Assembly (NCBI GenBank): GCA_963751345.1
Contig: CAVVUS010000023.1
Location: forward strand, 128,001-192,000
DNA length: 64,000 nucleotides
Direction: 5' to 3'
Source: an uncultured Chloroflexia bacterium
Lineage (GTDB): Bacteria; Chloroflexota; Anaerolineae; B4-G1; SLSP01
The notes under the pieces are model-generated. The model had not been told where the DNA came from. It searched no databases and was given only the letters and a program-made list of their open reading frames with translations. Each line of letters starts with the position of its first letter. Within the stretch, counting starts at the first letter, position 1. The translations under genes were made by a program, and so were the position numbers. This document shows, piece after piece, positions 53,648 to 62,994 of the stretch.

Positions 53648-53658
53648 GTGTTCGCGGA

Positions 53659-54567
53659 CTACCGCGGAGCCGATGCCATCAAGTCCTGACTCAGCCGTGC
53701 TTCCACAGCCGCAGGCCAGCTCGGACCGGCGAGCGTAGCCCTAAGGTAGCTCGTGCGGAAGACGGCGACCTCCGGGGTGCGCCGGACTCCCAAGGCCCAG
53801 ACGGAGAGCTCCGTGGCCATATTCTCGGTTACCGAGGCCCCCTGATGAGGCCACTGTTGGGTCGGAACGAGGTCCCTGTAGACCTGCTCCAAGGAGGCGT
53901 CCTCGATACCCGAGGCGGTGGCCTCCGCATTCAGTCCATCGATGATCACGTGACCGATCTCGTGGCCAAGGACCACGTTCTGGATGGTGACATCAGGGTT
54001 ATGGTAGGTATAACTACCATCGAGGAAGCTCCAGTGATACTGTTCATACATGAAGGCGTCATTGAAGATGTCCGAGCTGATCCTGATCTGTCCTGAATGC
54101 GCGTACCAGGCCGCGGATGGGGAATGCCCGCTGGGTTCCAGCACGAAGGTGATCCCGGTCTGCCCGCTGACCGATCCGGCGACGACGCCGGCCTGGATAA
54201 TCCGTGCGAATCTGGGCACGCCAAATGTTGCTCCGTAGGCATCCAGGACGTCGAGCATCACAGACAGCTCGTGCGACTGCCACGGTCCCTCGAAGGCGAA
54301 ACCGTAGTCTATCCATTTCTGCAGCCGGGCCGCCAGAACCGGTGAGGTAACGGAGCCCGCGACGTGGTGCGAGTCGACCGTCCGCACCATCTGGTTGATC
54401 ACGCCAGACCCTACCCACCACTCGCTAACAATGGACCCGGCAGCCATACTGAGATCGGATGGGCTCAGCCTGAGGCCAAAGCCTGCCAGTCCTATGTTGG
54501 CCAACAGTACCGCGACTACGATTGCCCCTATTGTCGCTCTATGCTTGATCACTTTTGCCTCTCTCAA
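53659..54567 (-). CDS. Exported hypothetical protein with HExxH zinc-metallopeptidase-like motif
   Basis: N-terminal hydrophobic segment; VLGHEIGHV with downstream TENMATE. Confidence 0.6.
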   Translation of the reverse strand: MREAKVIKHRATIGAIVVAVLLANIGLAGFGLRLSPSDLSMAAGSIVSEWWVGSGVINQMVRTVDSHHVAGSVTSPVLAARLQKWIDYGFAFEGPWQSHELSVMLDVLDAYGATFGVPRFARIIQAGVVAGSVSGQTGITFVLEPSGHSPSAAWYAHSGQIRISSDIFNDAFMYEQYHWSFLDGSYTYHNPDVTIQNVVLGHEIGHVIIDGLNAEATASGIEDASLEQVYRDLVPTQQWPHQGASVTENMATELSVWALGVRRTPEVAVFRTSYLRATLAGPSWPAAVEARLSQDLMASAPR

Positions 54568-54780
54568 CCGCCATTTGTATCGTCATTCCTTAACCGCGCC
54601 CTATTCTCCTCTCAACCGTGACGGCAGCGTTACCGACGCAGCAGATTGAGTTGGAACAGAGGTCGGGCTGGGTTGGGGAATGCGACGGTTCTGCGTCCAC
54701 GGCGACCCGTCTTCCGTTCTGGGCTGAGATGACGTACAATCTGTGTAGGTGAGGGCGTGCTGCCACAGAAAGGTCGTGCT

Positions 54781-55774
54781 ATGGAGAAAACACGACTGCC
54801 AGATACGTTGTTGGAGGTGTCACGCCATCTGTCTGGGTACCTCCGAATTCGGGACGGTCGTAGCGGAACGGGAGGCCTTCCGGCTCCTAGATATCTTCGC
54901 CGAATCAGGCGGGAACTTCCTGGATACGGCATTGGTCTACGCCAACTGGATCCCCGGCGAGCTGAGCGTCAGCGAGAAGACGCTTGGCCGGTGGCTAAAG
55001 GCGCGGCGAAACCGAGATGAGATTGTGATAGCTACGAAGGGCGCGCATCCCGAGCTAGGAACGATGCACATCCCGCGGCTCTCGCCCGAAGACATCGCTC
55101 ACGATGTGGATGCCAGCCTCGCGAACCTGCAGGTGGACAGGATCGACCTGTACTATCTGCATCGCGACGATCCCTTCCGACCGGTGGGCGAGATCATGGA
55201 GGCCTTGCACGCCCAGGTGGCGTCAGGCAAACTCCGCTATTTCGCGTGCTCTAACTGGTGCGCGGACCGCATCCGCGATGCCCAGGCCTACGCAGAGCTT
55301 CATGACTTCCAGGGCTTCGTCGCGGATCAGATGCTCTGGAATCTGGGCGTGGTCGACGCTGAGGTGATGGCCGAGCAGGGGATCGTGGTCATGGATGCCG
55401 AACTGCGGCAACTCCACGCGGAGTCCGGGTTGGCAGCCGTGCCGTTCTCGTCCCAGGCGGGTGGCCTGTTCCACAAAATGGCGGCAGATAAGCTGGACTC
55501 TGCAGGACCCGGTATGCGGCGGACGTACCCCAGGGCTGCAAACCTGCAGCGCTACGAGCGGCTCCAGCACGTCGCAGACGAGAGCAATCTGACAGTCAGT
55601 GAGATCGTGCTGGGCTATCTCCTATCGCAACCCTTTGTCACCGTACCCGTCGTAGGCTGCAAGACGGAGGCGCATTTGCGTGACACGCTGGGCGCGGCCG
55701 AGGCCCGTCTCGATCCCATCCAGGTAGCGTACCTGGAGCGCGGTGCCCGGCGCGAGGAAGAGGGGAGCTGCTAG
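54781..55774 (+). CDS. Aldo/keto reductase (frameshift near 54820)
   Basis: MEKTRLP then ICLGT, GGNFLDTALVY, IATKG, DLYYLHRDD, SNW. Confidence 0.88.
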
Positions 55775-55797
55775 ACGACCGGCCTTTTTCCCGCCAA

Positions 55798-55825
55798 TTG
55801 TCATCCGCCCCGAAGTGTGTACAAT
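55798..55825 (+). promoter_or_regulatory. Putative sigma70 promoter upstream of the structured region and HNH gene
   Basis: TTGTCA-N16-TACAAT. Confidence 0.55.
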
Positions 55826-55830
55826 AGGGA

Positions 55831-55956
55831 GGACCTGTCAACAAGGCCCTGAGCCCCAGATGCGGGGTCGGGTGTGCCTACGTCCCCTGTTCCTTGTGGG
55901 GAACGAGTGTCCCATCGCTCCCCACGATCACTGCTAACCTGATGTTAACAGGCCCT
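55831..55956 (+). ncRNA. Candidate multi-branched structured RNA or leader
   Basis: Closing stem 55834-55843 with 55943-55952 encloses hairpins 55848-55872 and 55896-55925; folded by eye only. Confidence 0.3.
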
Positions 55957-56048
55957 TAATCCAATCCTGCCTACAGTGAAATGGGGAAGGATTGCGACGG
56001 CTGCCGGCTGCAGATGTTCAGGCTCGGATGAAGTGGAGGAGGTTAGCC

Positions 56049-56573
56049 TTGACATCCAATGTGTTATTGTTGAACGCGAGTTACGAACCACTCGATATCA
56101 TCCCGGCGAAGCGTGCGGTCTCGCTGATGTTGCGCGACCGCGTCGAGGCGGCCTGCTCCGAATCGATCGAGATGCACAGCGCCAGCAGTACGTGGCGCAT
56201 CCCCACCATCATCCGCCTCCGCTACTACATCAACGTGCCGCGCCGCGGTGTGAGTTGGAGCCGCGAGGCTGTGTTGCGGCGTGACCGGTATACGTGCGCT
56301 TACTGTGGCGCAGAGACCGGCCAGAAGCACAACGGTAGGATCTACACCAGGTATGACTTTACCGTGGATCACGTACTGCCTGTGAGTCGCGGTGGGAAGA
56401 ATACCTGGGGAAACACAGTCTGCGCGTGCGCGACGTGCAATCAGCGCAAGGCCGACCGCTTGCCCCACGAGGCGGCCATGAAGCTACTGTGGGAGCCCAA
56501 GACGCCGCGGGCCCGCTACGTCGTCGCGTCCGGCGAGGTGCCGGCTGTCTGGAAGGCGTACCTCGAGATCTAG
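56049..56573 (+). CDS. HNH endonuclease (McrA/HNH_5-like; possibly IshB-like)
   Basis: RBS GGAGGAGG + TTG; VLLLNASYEPL; RDRYTCAYC; TVDHVLPVSRGG...WGN.V.ACATCNQRK. Confidence 0.92.
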   Translation: MTSNVLLLNASYEPLDIIPAKRAVSLMLRDRVEAACSESIEMHSASSTWRIPTIIRLRYYINVPRRGVSWSREAVLRRDRYTCAYCGAETGQKHNGRIYTRYDFTVDHVLPVSRGGKNTWGNTVCACATCNQRKADRLPHEAAMKLLWEPKTPRARYVVASGEVPAVWKAYLEI

Positions 56574-56582
56574 CGCCAGAAG

Positions 56583-56640
56583 CAACGGAAGAGAGGCGAA
56601 GGCGCGGCCCGCGGGCCGCGCCTTCGCCTCTCTTCCGTTG
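56583..56640. repeat. Perfect 58-bp palindrome without spacer
   Basis: caacggaagagaggcgaaggcgcggcccg followed by cgggccgcgccttcgcctctcttccgttg; arms checked base by base. Confidence 0.92.
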
Positions 56641-56700
56641 TGGCTTATTGGTTCATCACCACCATAGGCGTCATCCTCTGATCCCTTTCCCTGTCGCTCC

Positions 56701-56728
56701 TTGACAATCCTTCACTGACCCATACAAT
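56701..56728 (+). promoter_or_regulatory. Sigma70 promoter for the ABC-amidohydrolase operon
   Basis: TTGACA-N16-TACAAT. Confidence 0.65.
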
Positions 56729-56761
56729 TAGCTGGCTAAACATCCAGGAGGTTGACATCGT

Positions 56762-58744
56762 ATGGGATTTCATGGTGGGGGGTGGGGGGCGCTGCTTCGC
56801 TACGACGAACAGCAGGGTCCGCCCAAGGTTGACCGGGCGCTCGTCATGCGCGTAGTGCGCTATGCACGAAAGTATTGGGGCACCGTGGGGCTGTTGATGG
56901 TCGCGATTACCGTGACCTCGCTGCTGAACCTGGTGCCGCCCCTGCTGTACCGGCAGTTGGTGGACGTTGCGTTGCCCAACAAAGACTCCGGGATGCTGAA
57001 CCTGCTCGCTGTCGGCCTGATTGGCATTCCTATTGCCGGCAGGTTGATTGGGGTAGGGCAGGCGTATCTCAGCGCGAGGGCCGGGGAAGGCATCATCCGC
57101 GATCTTCGCGAATCGCTGTATGGGCACCTGCAAGCCATGAGCTTGCGTTTCTTCACGCACACGAAGACGGGAGAGCTCATGTCCCGTCTCAACAACGACG
57201 TCGGCGGCGCCCAGCAAGCCGTGACCGGGACGTTGGTCAACCTGGTGTCGAACATTGTATCGTTGGTGACGACGTTGGCCGTGATGATCTCGCTTGACGT
57301 ACGCCTCACGCTGATCGGTGTGGCGATTCTGCCCCTGCTGATGCTTCCCGCGCGGCGGGTAGCCAAGCATCTACGTGGGATCACCCGTACTTACCTGGAC
57401 GTTCAGGCCAAGATGAACGCGCTGATGAACGAGACACTGAACGTCAGTGGCGCGCTGTTGGTGAAAGTCTTCGGGCGGGCAGGAGATGAAAATCGAAAGT
57501 TCGTCGAGAGAGCCACAGAAGTGAAGAACATGGCGATTCGGCGATCCATGGTCGCTCGCATCTTTTTCACCGGTCTTGGTCTGACGGGCGCCCTGGGAAC
57601 TGCGCTCGTCTTCTGGGCCGGGGGTCATTATGTCCTGCGCGGCGCCTTGACCGTCGGTACTATCATTGCCTTCAGCAGCTACTTGCAGCAGCTCTATCAG
57701 CCGCTCACGGCACTGGCCAACGCACAGGTTGAGTTTGCGACAAGCCTGGTCAGCTTCGAACGTGTCTTTGAGGTGTTGGACCTCCCGATCGAGATTGGCG
57801 ATCGACCGGAAGCGGTTGAGCTGCAGAGACCCGAAGGTCACGTGCGTTTCGAGCACGTCTGGTTCCGTTATGCAGGCGGCGGAGACCTGCCCCACCTGGG
57901 CACAGTCCACCGGGGCGGTTGGCGAGGTGGGGCTTCGCAGCAGGACGAGGTGACCAAGAGCGGCATTCGGGCTGAGGAGCTTCACGGCAACGGCAGCAAT
58001 GGGGCCGAGTCTCTCGAGCCTCGCTGGGCACTGCAGGACGTGAGTTTCGAGATGCAGCCCGGTCAGTTAGTCGCGCTGGTGGGCCCCAGCGGCGCGGGCA
58101 AGACGACGATTACCTATCTTCTACCGCGCCTCTACGATCCTACCGAAGGAAGCATCTATCTCGATGGCTCTGATCTGCGGGACATCAAGCTAACCGCCCT
58201 GTCCGGAGTGATGGGGATGGTCACCCAGGAGACTTACCTGTTCCACGACACGATCCGTGCCAACCTGCTTTATGCCAAGCCGGACGCCACGGACGCTGAG
58301 CTCGAGGCCGCATGTCGTGCGGCGAACATCCACGCCTTTATCGCCAGCCTGCCCGATGGCTACAACACCATCGCCGGGGAGCGGGGCTACCGCCTCTCAG
58401 GTGGTGAGAAGCAGCGCGTGGCTCTGGCGCGCGTGATCCTCAAGGACCCACGTGTCCTGATCCTGGATGAGGCGACGAGCAGCCTCGACTCTGAGAGCGA
58501 AGCCCTGATCCAGGAGGCTCTAGAGCACATTATGCAGGGACGTACCAGCCTGGTCATTGCGCACCGTCTGAGCACGATCCTCTCGGCGGATGTCATCCTC
58601 GTCCTGCAGGATGGACAGATCGTGCAGCGGGGCAGCCACGAGGCGCTCATGGCCGAAGGCGGTCTCTACCGCCAGCTCTACGAGCGGCAGTTCGCCGTTC
58701 CCGAGATTGCTGGAGGGGAAGGAGGGCCCAATGCAATTCTTTGA
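56762..58744 (+). CDS. ABC transporter, fused permease/ATP-binding (MsbA/Atm1-like exporter)
   Basis: 6-TM domain, GPSGAGKT, LSGGEKQR, LDEATS, IAHRLST. Confidence 0.93.
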   Translation: MGFHGGGWGALLRYDEQQGPPKVDRALVMRVVRYARKYWGTVGLLMVAITVTSLLNLVPPLLYRQLVDVALPNKDSGMLNLLAVGLIGIPIAGRLIGVGQAYLSARAGEGIIRDLRESLYGHLQAMSLRFFTHTKTGELMSRLNNDVGGAQQAVTGTLVNLVSNIVSLVTTLAVMISLDVRLTLIGVAILPLLMLPARRVAKHLRGITRTYLDVQAKMNALMNETLNVSGALLVKVFGRAGDENRKFVERATEVKNMAIRRSMVARIFFTGLGLTGALGTALVFWAGGHYVLRGALTVGTIIAFSSYLQQLYQPLTALANAQVEFATSLVSFERVFEVLDLPIEIGDRPEAVELQRPEGHVRFEHVWFRYAGGGDLPHLGTVHRGGWRGGASQQDEVTKSGIRAEELHGNGSNGAESLEPRWALQDVSFEMQPGQLVALVGPSGAGKTTITYLLPRLYDPTEGSIYLDGSDLRDIKLTALSGVMGMVTQETYLFHDTIRANLLYAKPDATDAELEAACRAANIHAFIASLPDGYNTIAGERGYRLSGGEKQRVALARVILKDPRVLILDEATSSLDSESEALIQEALEHIMQGRTSLVIAHRLSTILSADVILVLQDGQIVQRGSHEALMAEGGLYRQLYERQFAVPEIAGGEGGPNAIL

Positions 58745-59480
58745 CTGTAACGCGTTTTTTGGCCTGCCAGCACGGCGACCGGTGGCGCCAGTGGCGTCCG
58801 TGGATGAACTGCTCGCCGAGATGGACCGTGCCGGGATCGATCGGGCATTGGTCTGGCACATCGCACAGCACGACGTCGCCCCCCAGACCGGGAACGAGAT
58901 GCTCGCGGAAGCTATTGGGCCTCACGACCGGCTGGTCGGGTGTTGGGGTGTGCTGCCGAACCAGGCGCACGAGTTTCCGCCACCTGCGGAGCTCTTCCGC
59001 AGGATGAAGGCGGCGCGGGTCGTGGCGCTGCGCACGTTCCCCGAGTCCCACCGGTTCTTGCTCAATGAGGTCTCGATGGGCGCATTACTGTCGGAGATGG
59101 TGGACCGCCGTGTTCCCCTGATGCTATCGCTGAGGCGCGGGGTGTCGTGGCCTGTTGTCTATGACCTGATGGCGGCGTTTCCGAAGCTCACTTGCGTCGT
59201 CTGCGACCACGGCTGCTGGGGCGAGGACCGGATGTTCCGCCCACTGCTGGAGCGCTACCCGAACTTCTATGTTGACACGGCGCAATACTTGTTGGACGGT
59301 GGCATCGAGGCGTTGGTTACCGACTATGGTGCGGGCCACCTGCTCTATGGAAGTGGTTTCCCCGAGTCGTACTTCGGCGGGATGATGATGGCTCTCAAGC
59401 ATGCGCAGATTCCGGTGGAGGCCAAGGAGGCCATTGCCCACGGCAACCTGGAGCGTCTGATCGAGGAGGCGATGCTATGA
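58731..59480 (+). CDS. Amidohydrolase_2 family protein lacking the HxH motif
   Basis: FFDCNAFFG, EMDRAGID.ALV, LLYGSGFP, GNLERL. Confidence 0.82.
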   Translation: MQFFDCNAFFGLPARRPVAPVASVDELLAEMDRAGIDRALVWHIAQHDVAPQTGNEMLAEAIGPHDRLVGCWGVLPNQAHEFPPPAELFRRMKAARVVALRTFPESHRFLLNEVSMGALLSEMVDRRVPLMLSLRRGVSWPVVYDLMAAFPKLTCVVCDHGCWGEDRMFRPLLERYPNFYVDTAQYLLDGGIEALVTDYGAGHLLYGSGFPESYFGGMMMALKHAQIPVEAKEAIAHGNLERLIEEAML

Positions 59481-60316
59481 TCGGTTCGATGATACGGGAG
59501 TCTGAGTTGGCCCGCGAGTTCTGGGAGAAGGGGCGCGCTGCTTCCTGCCCGATCTACGATATGCACGGTCATATGGGCTACTACCACTCGATCTATTTCC
59601 CGCGAGGCGATACGGCGGCCATGGTGCGGACGATGGACGAGGCTGGCGTGCGCCTGCTGGTCTTCTCGCACCACAGCTCGCTCAACTCACCTCAGCTGGC
59701 CAACGGGCCCAGCATCGAAGCGGTGCGGCGGTTCCCCGATCGCCTGCGGGCCTACTGTATGGTGAATCCCAACTATCCTGAGCAGGTCGCGCGCGACCTT
59801 GACGCGTTCGAAAGCCTCTTCCCGGATGTTTACATCGGTTTCAAGTTCCTATCGGATTATCACCAGATCGCGCTGACAGATGACCGGTATCGGCCGGCTT
59901 GGGAGTATGCCGATGCGCGGGGATTACCGGTCCTGGCGCACACCTGGGGTGGCAGCCGGTACGACGGCGAGGATGTCGTCCGCCAGGCAGCCGAGCGCTA
60001 TCCAAATGCCAAGTTCTTGCTGGGGCACTCGTGCCATGGGGCGTGGGACGCCGCGGTTCAACTGGCGCGGGACTTTCCCAACGTGTACCTGGAGTTGACG
60101 GCGATCTTCGATGACCGTGGGATCATCGAGAAGTTCGTTAGTGAGGCGGGATCCGACCGTATGCTTTTCGGGACCGACCTGCCGTGGTTCGATCCGCACC
60201 AGGCCATAGGGGTGTTGATGAACGCGGCGATTACGGACGAGGACCGGCACGCTATCTGTCACCGCAATGCTGAGCGGCTGTTGGGAGCGATTGTGCCTGA
60301 GCTGTCTGGAGGGTGA
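59477..60316 (+). CDS. Amidohydrolase_2 family protein
   Basis: YDMHGHMG, PVLAHTW, LLGHS, LFGTDLP, NAERL. Confidence 0.88.
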   Translation: MIGSMIRESELAREFWEKGRAASCPIYDMHGHMGYYHSIYFPRGDTAAMVRTMDEAGVRLLVFSHHSSLNSPQLANGPSIEAVRRFPDRLRAYCMVNPNYPEQVARDLDAFESLFPDVYIGFKFLSDYHQIALTDDRYRPAWEYADARGLPVLAHTWGGSRYDGEDVVRQAAERYPNAKFLLGHSCHGAWDAAVQLARDFPNVYLELTAIFDDRGIIEKFVSEAGSDRMLFGTDLPWFDPHQAIGVLMNAAITDEDRHAICHRNAERLLGAIVPELSGG

Positions 60317-60326
60317 GAGGAGAGAG

Positions 60327-61361
60327 ATGGAATACAGGAATCTGGGACAATGCGGGCTGAAGGTATCGGAGATCTGCCTGGGGACGATGACGTTCGGCCA
60401 GAGAACCGATGAGGGCGAGGCCTTGCGGCTGGTCGATCTGGCCCTGGATGCGGGTGTCAATTTCTTTGATACCGCCGACGGGTATGGTAAAGGTGCCTCG
60501 GAGACCATCCTGGGCAAGGCCCTGGAGGGACGGCGCGGGCGGGCCGTAGTGGCGACCAAGTTCTTCAACCCGATGGGGCCCGGGCCGAATGACTCGGGGA
60601 TGTCGCGCGTCCACATCATGAATGCGGTTGAGGATAGCCTTCGGCGTCTGCAGATGGATCACGTGGATGTCTACTATATCCACCATGTGGATGTTCAGAC
60701 GCCGCTCGATGAGATGCTGCGGGCGCTGGATGACTTGGTGCACCAGGGCAAAGTGCGCTACATTGCGTGCAGCAACTATCAGGCGTGGCGGTTGAGCGAA
60801 GCGCTCTGGATCAGCGACGTGAACCATCTCGCGCGGTTTGTGTGCTACCAGCCGCAGTACAGCCTCGTCGTGCGCGACATTGAACAGGAGTTGGTGCCTC
60901 TCTGCCTGAACAAGGGCGTTGGGATCGTGCCCTGGGCGCCCCTTGCCAGCGGCTTCCTGGCCGGCAAGTACCAGCCGGGTGAGCGCATGGTGCCGGGCAC
61001 TCGGTCGGCAGAGAAGTGGGCGTGGCACGGGAGGTTCTTTGCGGCCAATGCCGATGAGACGCTGGCTGTGCTGTTGTCGACCGCACGTGAGTTGGGTCGT
61101 TCCCCCGCGCAGGTCGCGCTCCGGTGGGTCCTGGAGCAGCCGGGCATCTCTTCCGTCATCGCGGGCGTAAGGACGATGGACCAACTCCAGGACAACCTGG
61201 GGGCCGCCGGGTGGCGTCTCAATGCTGAGGCCCTGGCCAGACTTGATGAGGTCTCGTTTCTGCCGCCACGCTATCCCGAGTCCTTCGAGTATAATGTCCA
61301 CGAGCGGCGCGCGGCGGCGGTTGAGATGTCGGCACGGCAGGTGGGAGAGACCAGCGCGTGA
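60327..61361 (+). CDS. Aldo/keto reductase
   Basis: GLKVSEICLGTMTFG, FDTADGY, VATK, PWAPLASG. Confidence 0.92.
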   Translation: MEYRNLGQCGLKVSEICLGTMTFGQRTDEGEALRLVDLALDAGVNFFDTADGYGKGASETILGKALEGRRGRAVVATKFFNPMGPGPNDSGMSRVHIMNAVEDSLRRLQMDHVDVYYIHHVDVQTPLDEMLRALDDLVHQGKVRYIACSNYQAWRLSEALWISDVNHLARFVCYQPQYSLVVRDIEQELVPLCLNKGVGIVPWAPLASGFLAGKYQPGERMVPGTRSAEKWAWHGRFFAANADETLAVLLSTARELGRSPAQVALRWVLEQPGISSVIAGVRTMDQLQDNLGAAGWRLNAEALARLDEVSFLPPRYPESFEYNVHERRAAAVEMSARQVGETSA

Positions 61362-61411
61362 CGATTGCCGGTCGCGTGTCACTCGTCACACTGGTCTAGG
61401 TTCAGCCATAT

Positions 61412-62699
61412 ATGACAAGATCGAAAAACCGTCGTCCGCGCCATCCATTTGTGCAGGCTCTGCTGCGCGATCCGCTGGTCCTGCCGTTCTATGTACCTTC
61501 CGTAGCCATCTTCCTTGGCTATGGCCTCCTGATTCCTGTCCTCCCCTACTATGCTCAGAGCTTCGACGTCTCGTATGGGTGGGTCGGGGCCGTGACGTCT
61601 GCCCAGGCATTGGGCATGCTCCTGACCGATCTTCCGAGCGGGCTCGTCCTGCACCGTCTCGGTCAGCGGCGCGCGATGCTGCTGGGGATGCTGGTGATGA
61701 TCCTGTCGACGGTGGCATTCATGTGGGCCGGCTCGATCCAGGAGGCGTTCGTGTACCGGCTGGTGTCCGGCTTCGGTGCGGCCCTTTTCGGCGTCGCGCG
61801 CCACGCCTATATCTCCGAGCACGCTGCAGTTGCCAGCCGTGGCCGCGCGATGGCGTTGTTCGGAGGGCTCAACCGCGTTGGGAAGTTCATTGGGCCGCTG
61901 ATCGGTGGCTTTGCGGCAGCGGCGTGGGGATTGCGAATGCCATTCCTGATTATCCGGGCTGATCAGCGTCCCCGCCGTCTTGTGTGTCCTCTTCTTCGTT
62001 CCTGCTCGGCGCGGCTCGACCGGAGTGTCGAGCACATCTGCGGAGCGTCCCGTCGTCGGGCGCAAAGCGCACAGGCTTCCGTTCGGACAGATGCTCCGGG
62101 AGCAGGCAGGCGTGCTGGTGCCGGCTGGGTTGGGCCAGATCTTCGTTCAGATGATCCGTACGGGCCGGGATACGATCATCCCGCTCTATGCTTCAGGGGT
62201 CATCGGTCTGAGTGTGGAGCAGGTCGGGCTGCTTGTCGGTATCGCGGCTGCTGCTGAGATGATGATGTTTCTCCCTGCCGGCTGGTTGATGGACACCCTC
62301 GGGCGGAAGGCCTCGCTCGTGCCCAGTTTTGGGATCCAAGCCGTCGGGATGGCGCTCGTGCCCTTGACGGGTGGGTTCGGCGGGCTGTTGGCATGTGCGA
62401 CGACCATCGGCCTGGCAAATGGGCTTAGCTCCGGTGCCATGATGACGGTGGGTGCGGATCTTGCACCGCCGGATGCCCGGGGGGAGTTCCTCGGCGTATG
62501 GCGCCTGATCGGGGATCTTGGTGGTACTGCGGGGCCATCTGCCGTGGGATTTGTCGCCGATGCGCTGGCGCTGCCCGCAGCGGCTCTCACCATGGCTGCT
62601 TCGGGCCTGGCGGCAACCCTGATCTTTGGGTTCCTGCTACCTGAGACCCTAACGCAGGACGAGTCGGGTCGCGAGACCGCGCCGGCATCGGCCGGGTAG
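61412..62699 (+). CDS. MFS transporter (frameshift near 61960)
   Basis: About 12 TM segments over two frames; G...RLGQR and GWLMDTLGRK motif A. Confidence 0.87.
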
Positions 62700-62994
62700 A
62701 CGCTTTGTGCACGCCCGGAATCTATCGAATGCAATCTACGTCGTAGGAGTCTAACCTCTGATGTTCGGTACAACACTTTTGATCGGTATCGTGTCTGCGG
62801 GTGTGATCATCGCATTGCAGGGCTTCCTGATCGTGCGGGGCAGGCGCAGGGGGCAGGCTGCGTTCTTCGAGCGCCCGCTTCTCGACGCCCTGGCTCTCAA
62901 GACGCCGAAGGCAGTTGTTGCAGGTGCTCGGGCGGTTACGCATCGTCTACGGGCTCTTCTTGGTCGCTGCAGGGATATGGGGGCTGAGCGGTCA

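Noticed and set aside
55831-55956. TPP riboswitch (ctgag and acctgat words)
   Set aside because: Lacks CTGAGA and the 3' GCGxxGGGAA element, and the downstream gene is unrelated to thiamine.
62761-62994. 78-aa N-terminal extension of the last MFS ORF
   Set aside because: No RBS at 62761 and family similarity begins near 62995; probably open-frame read-through.
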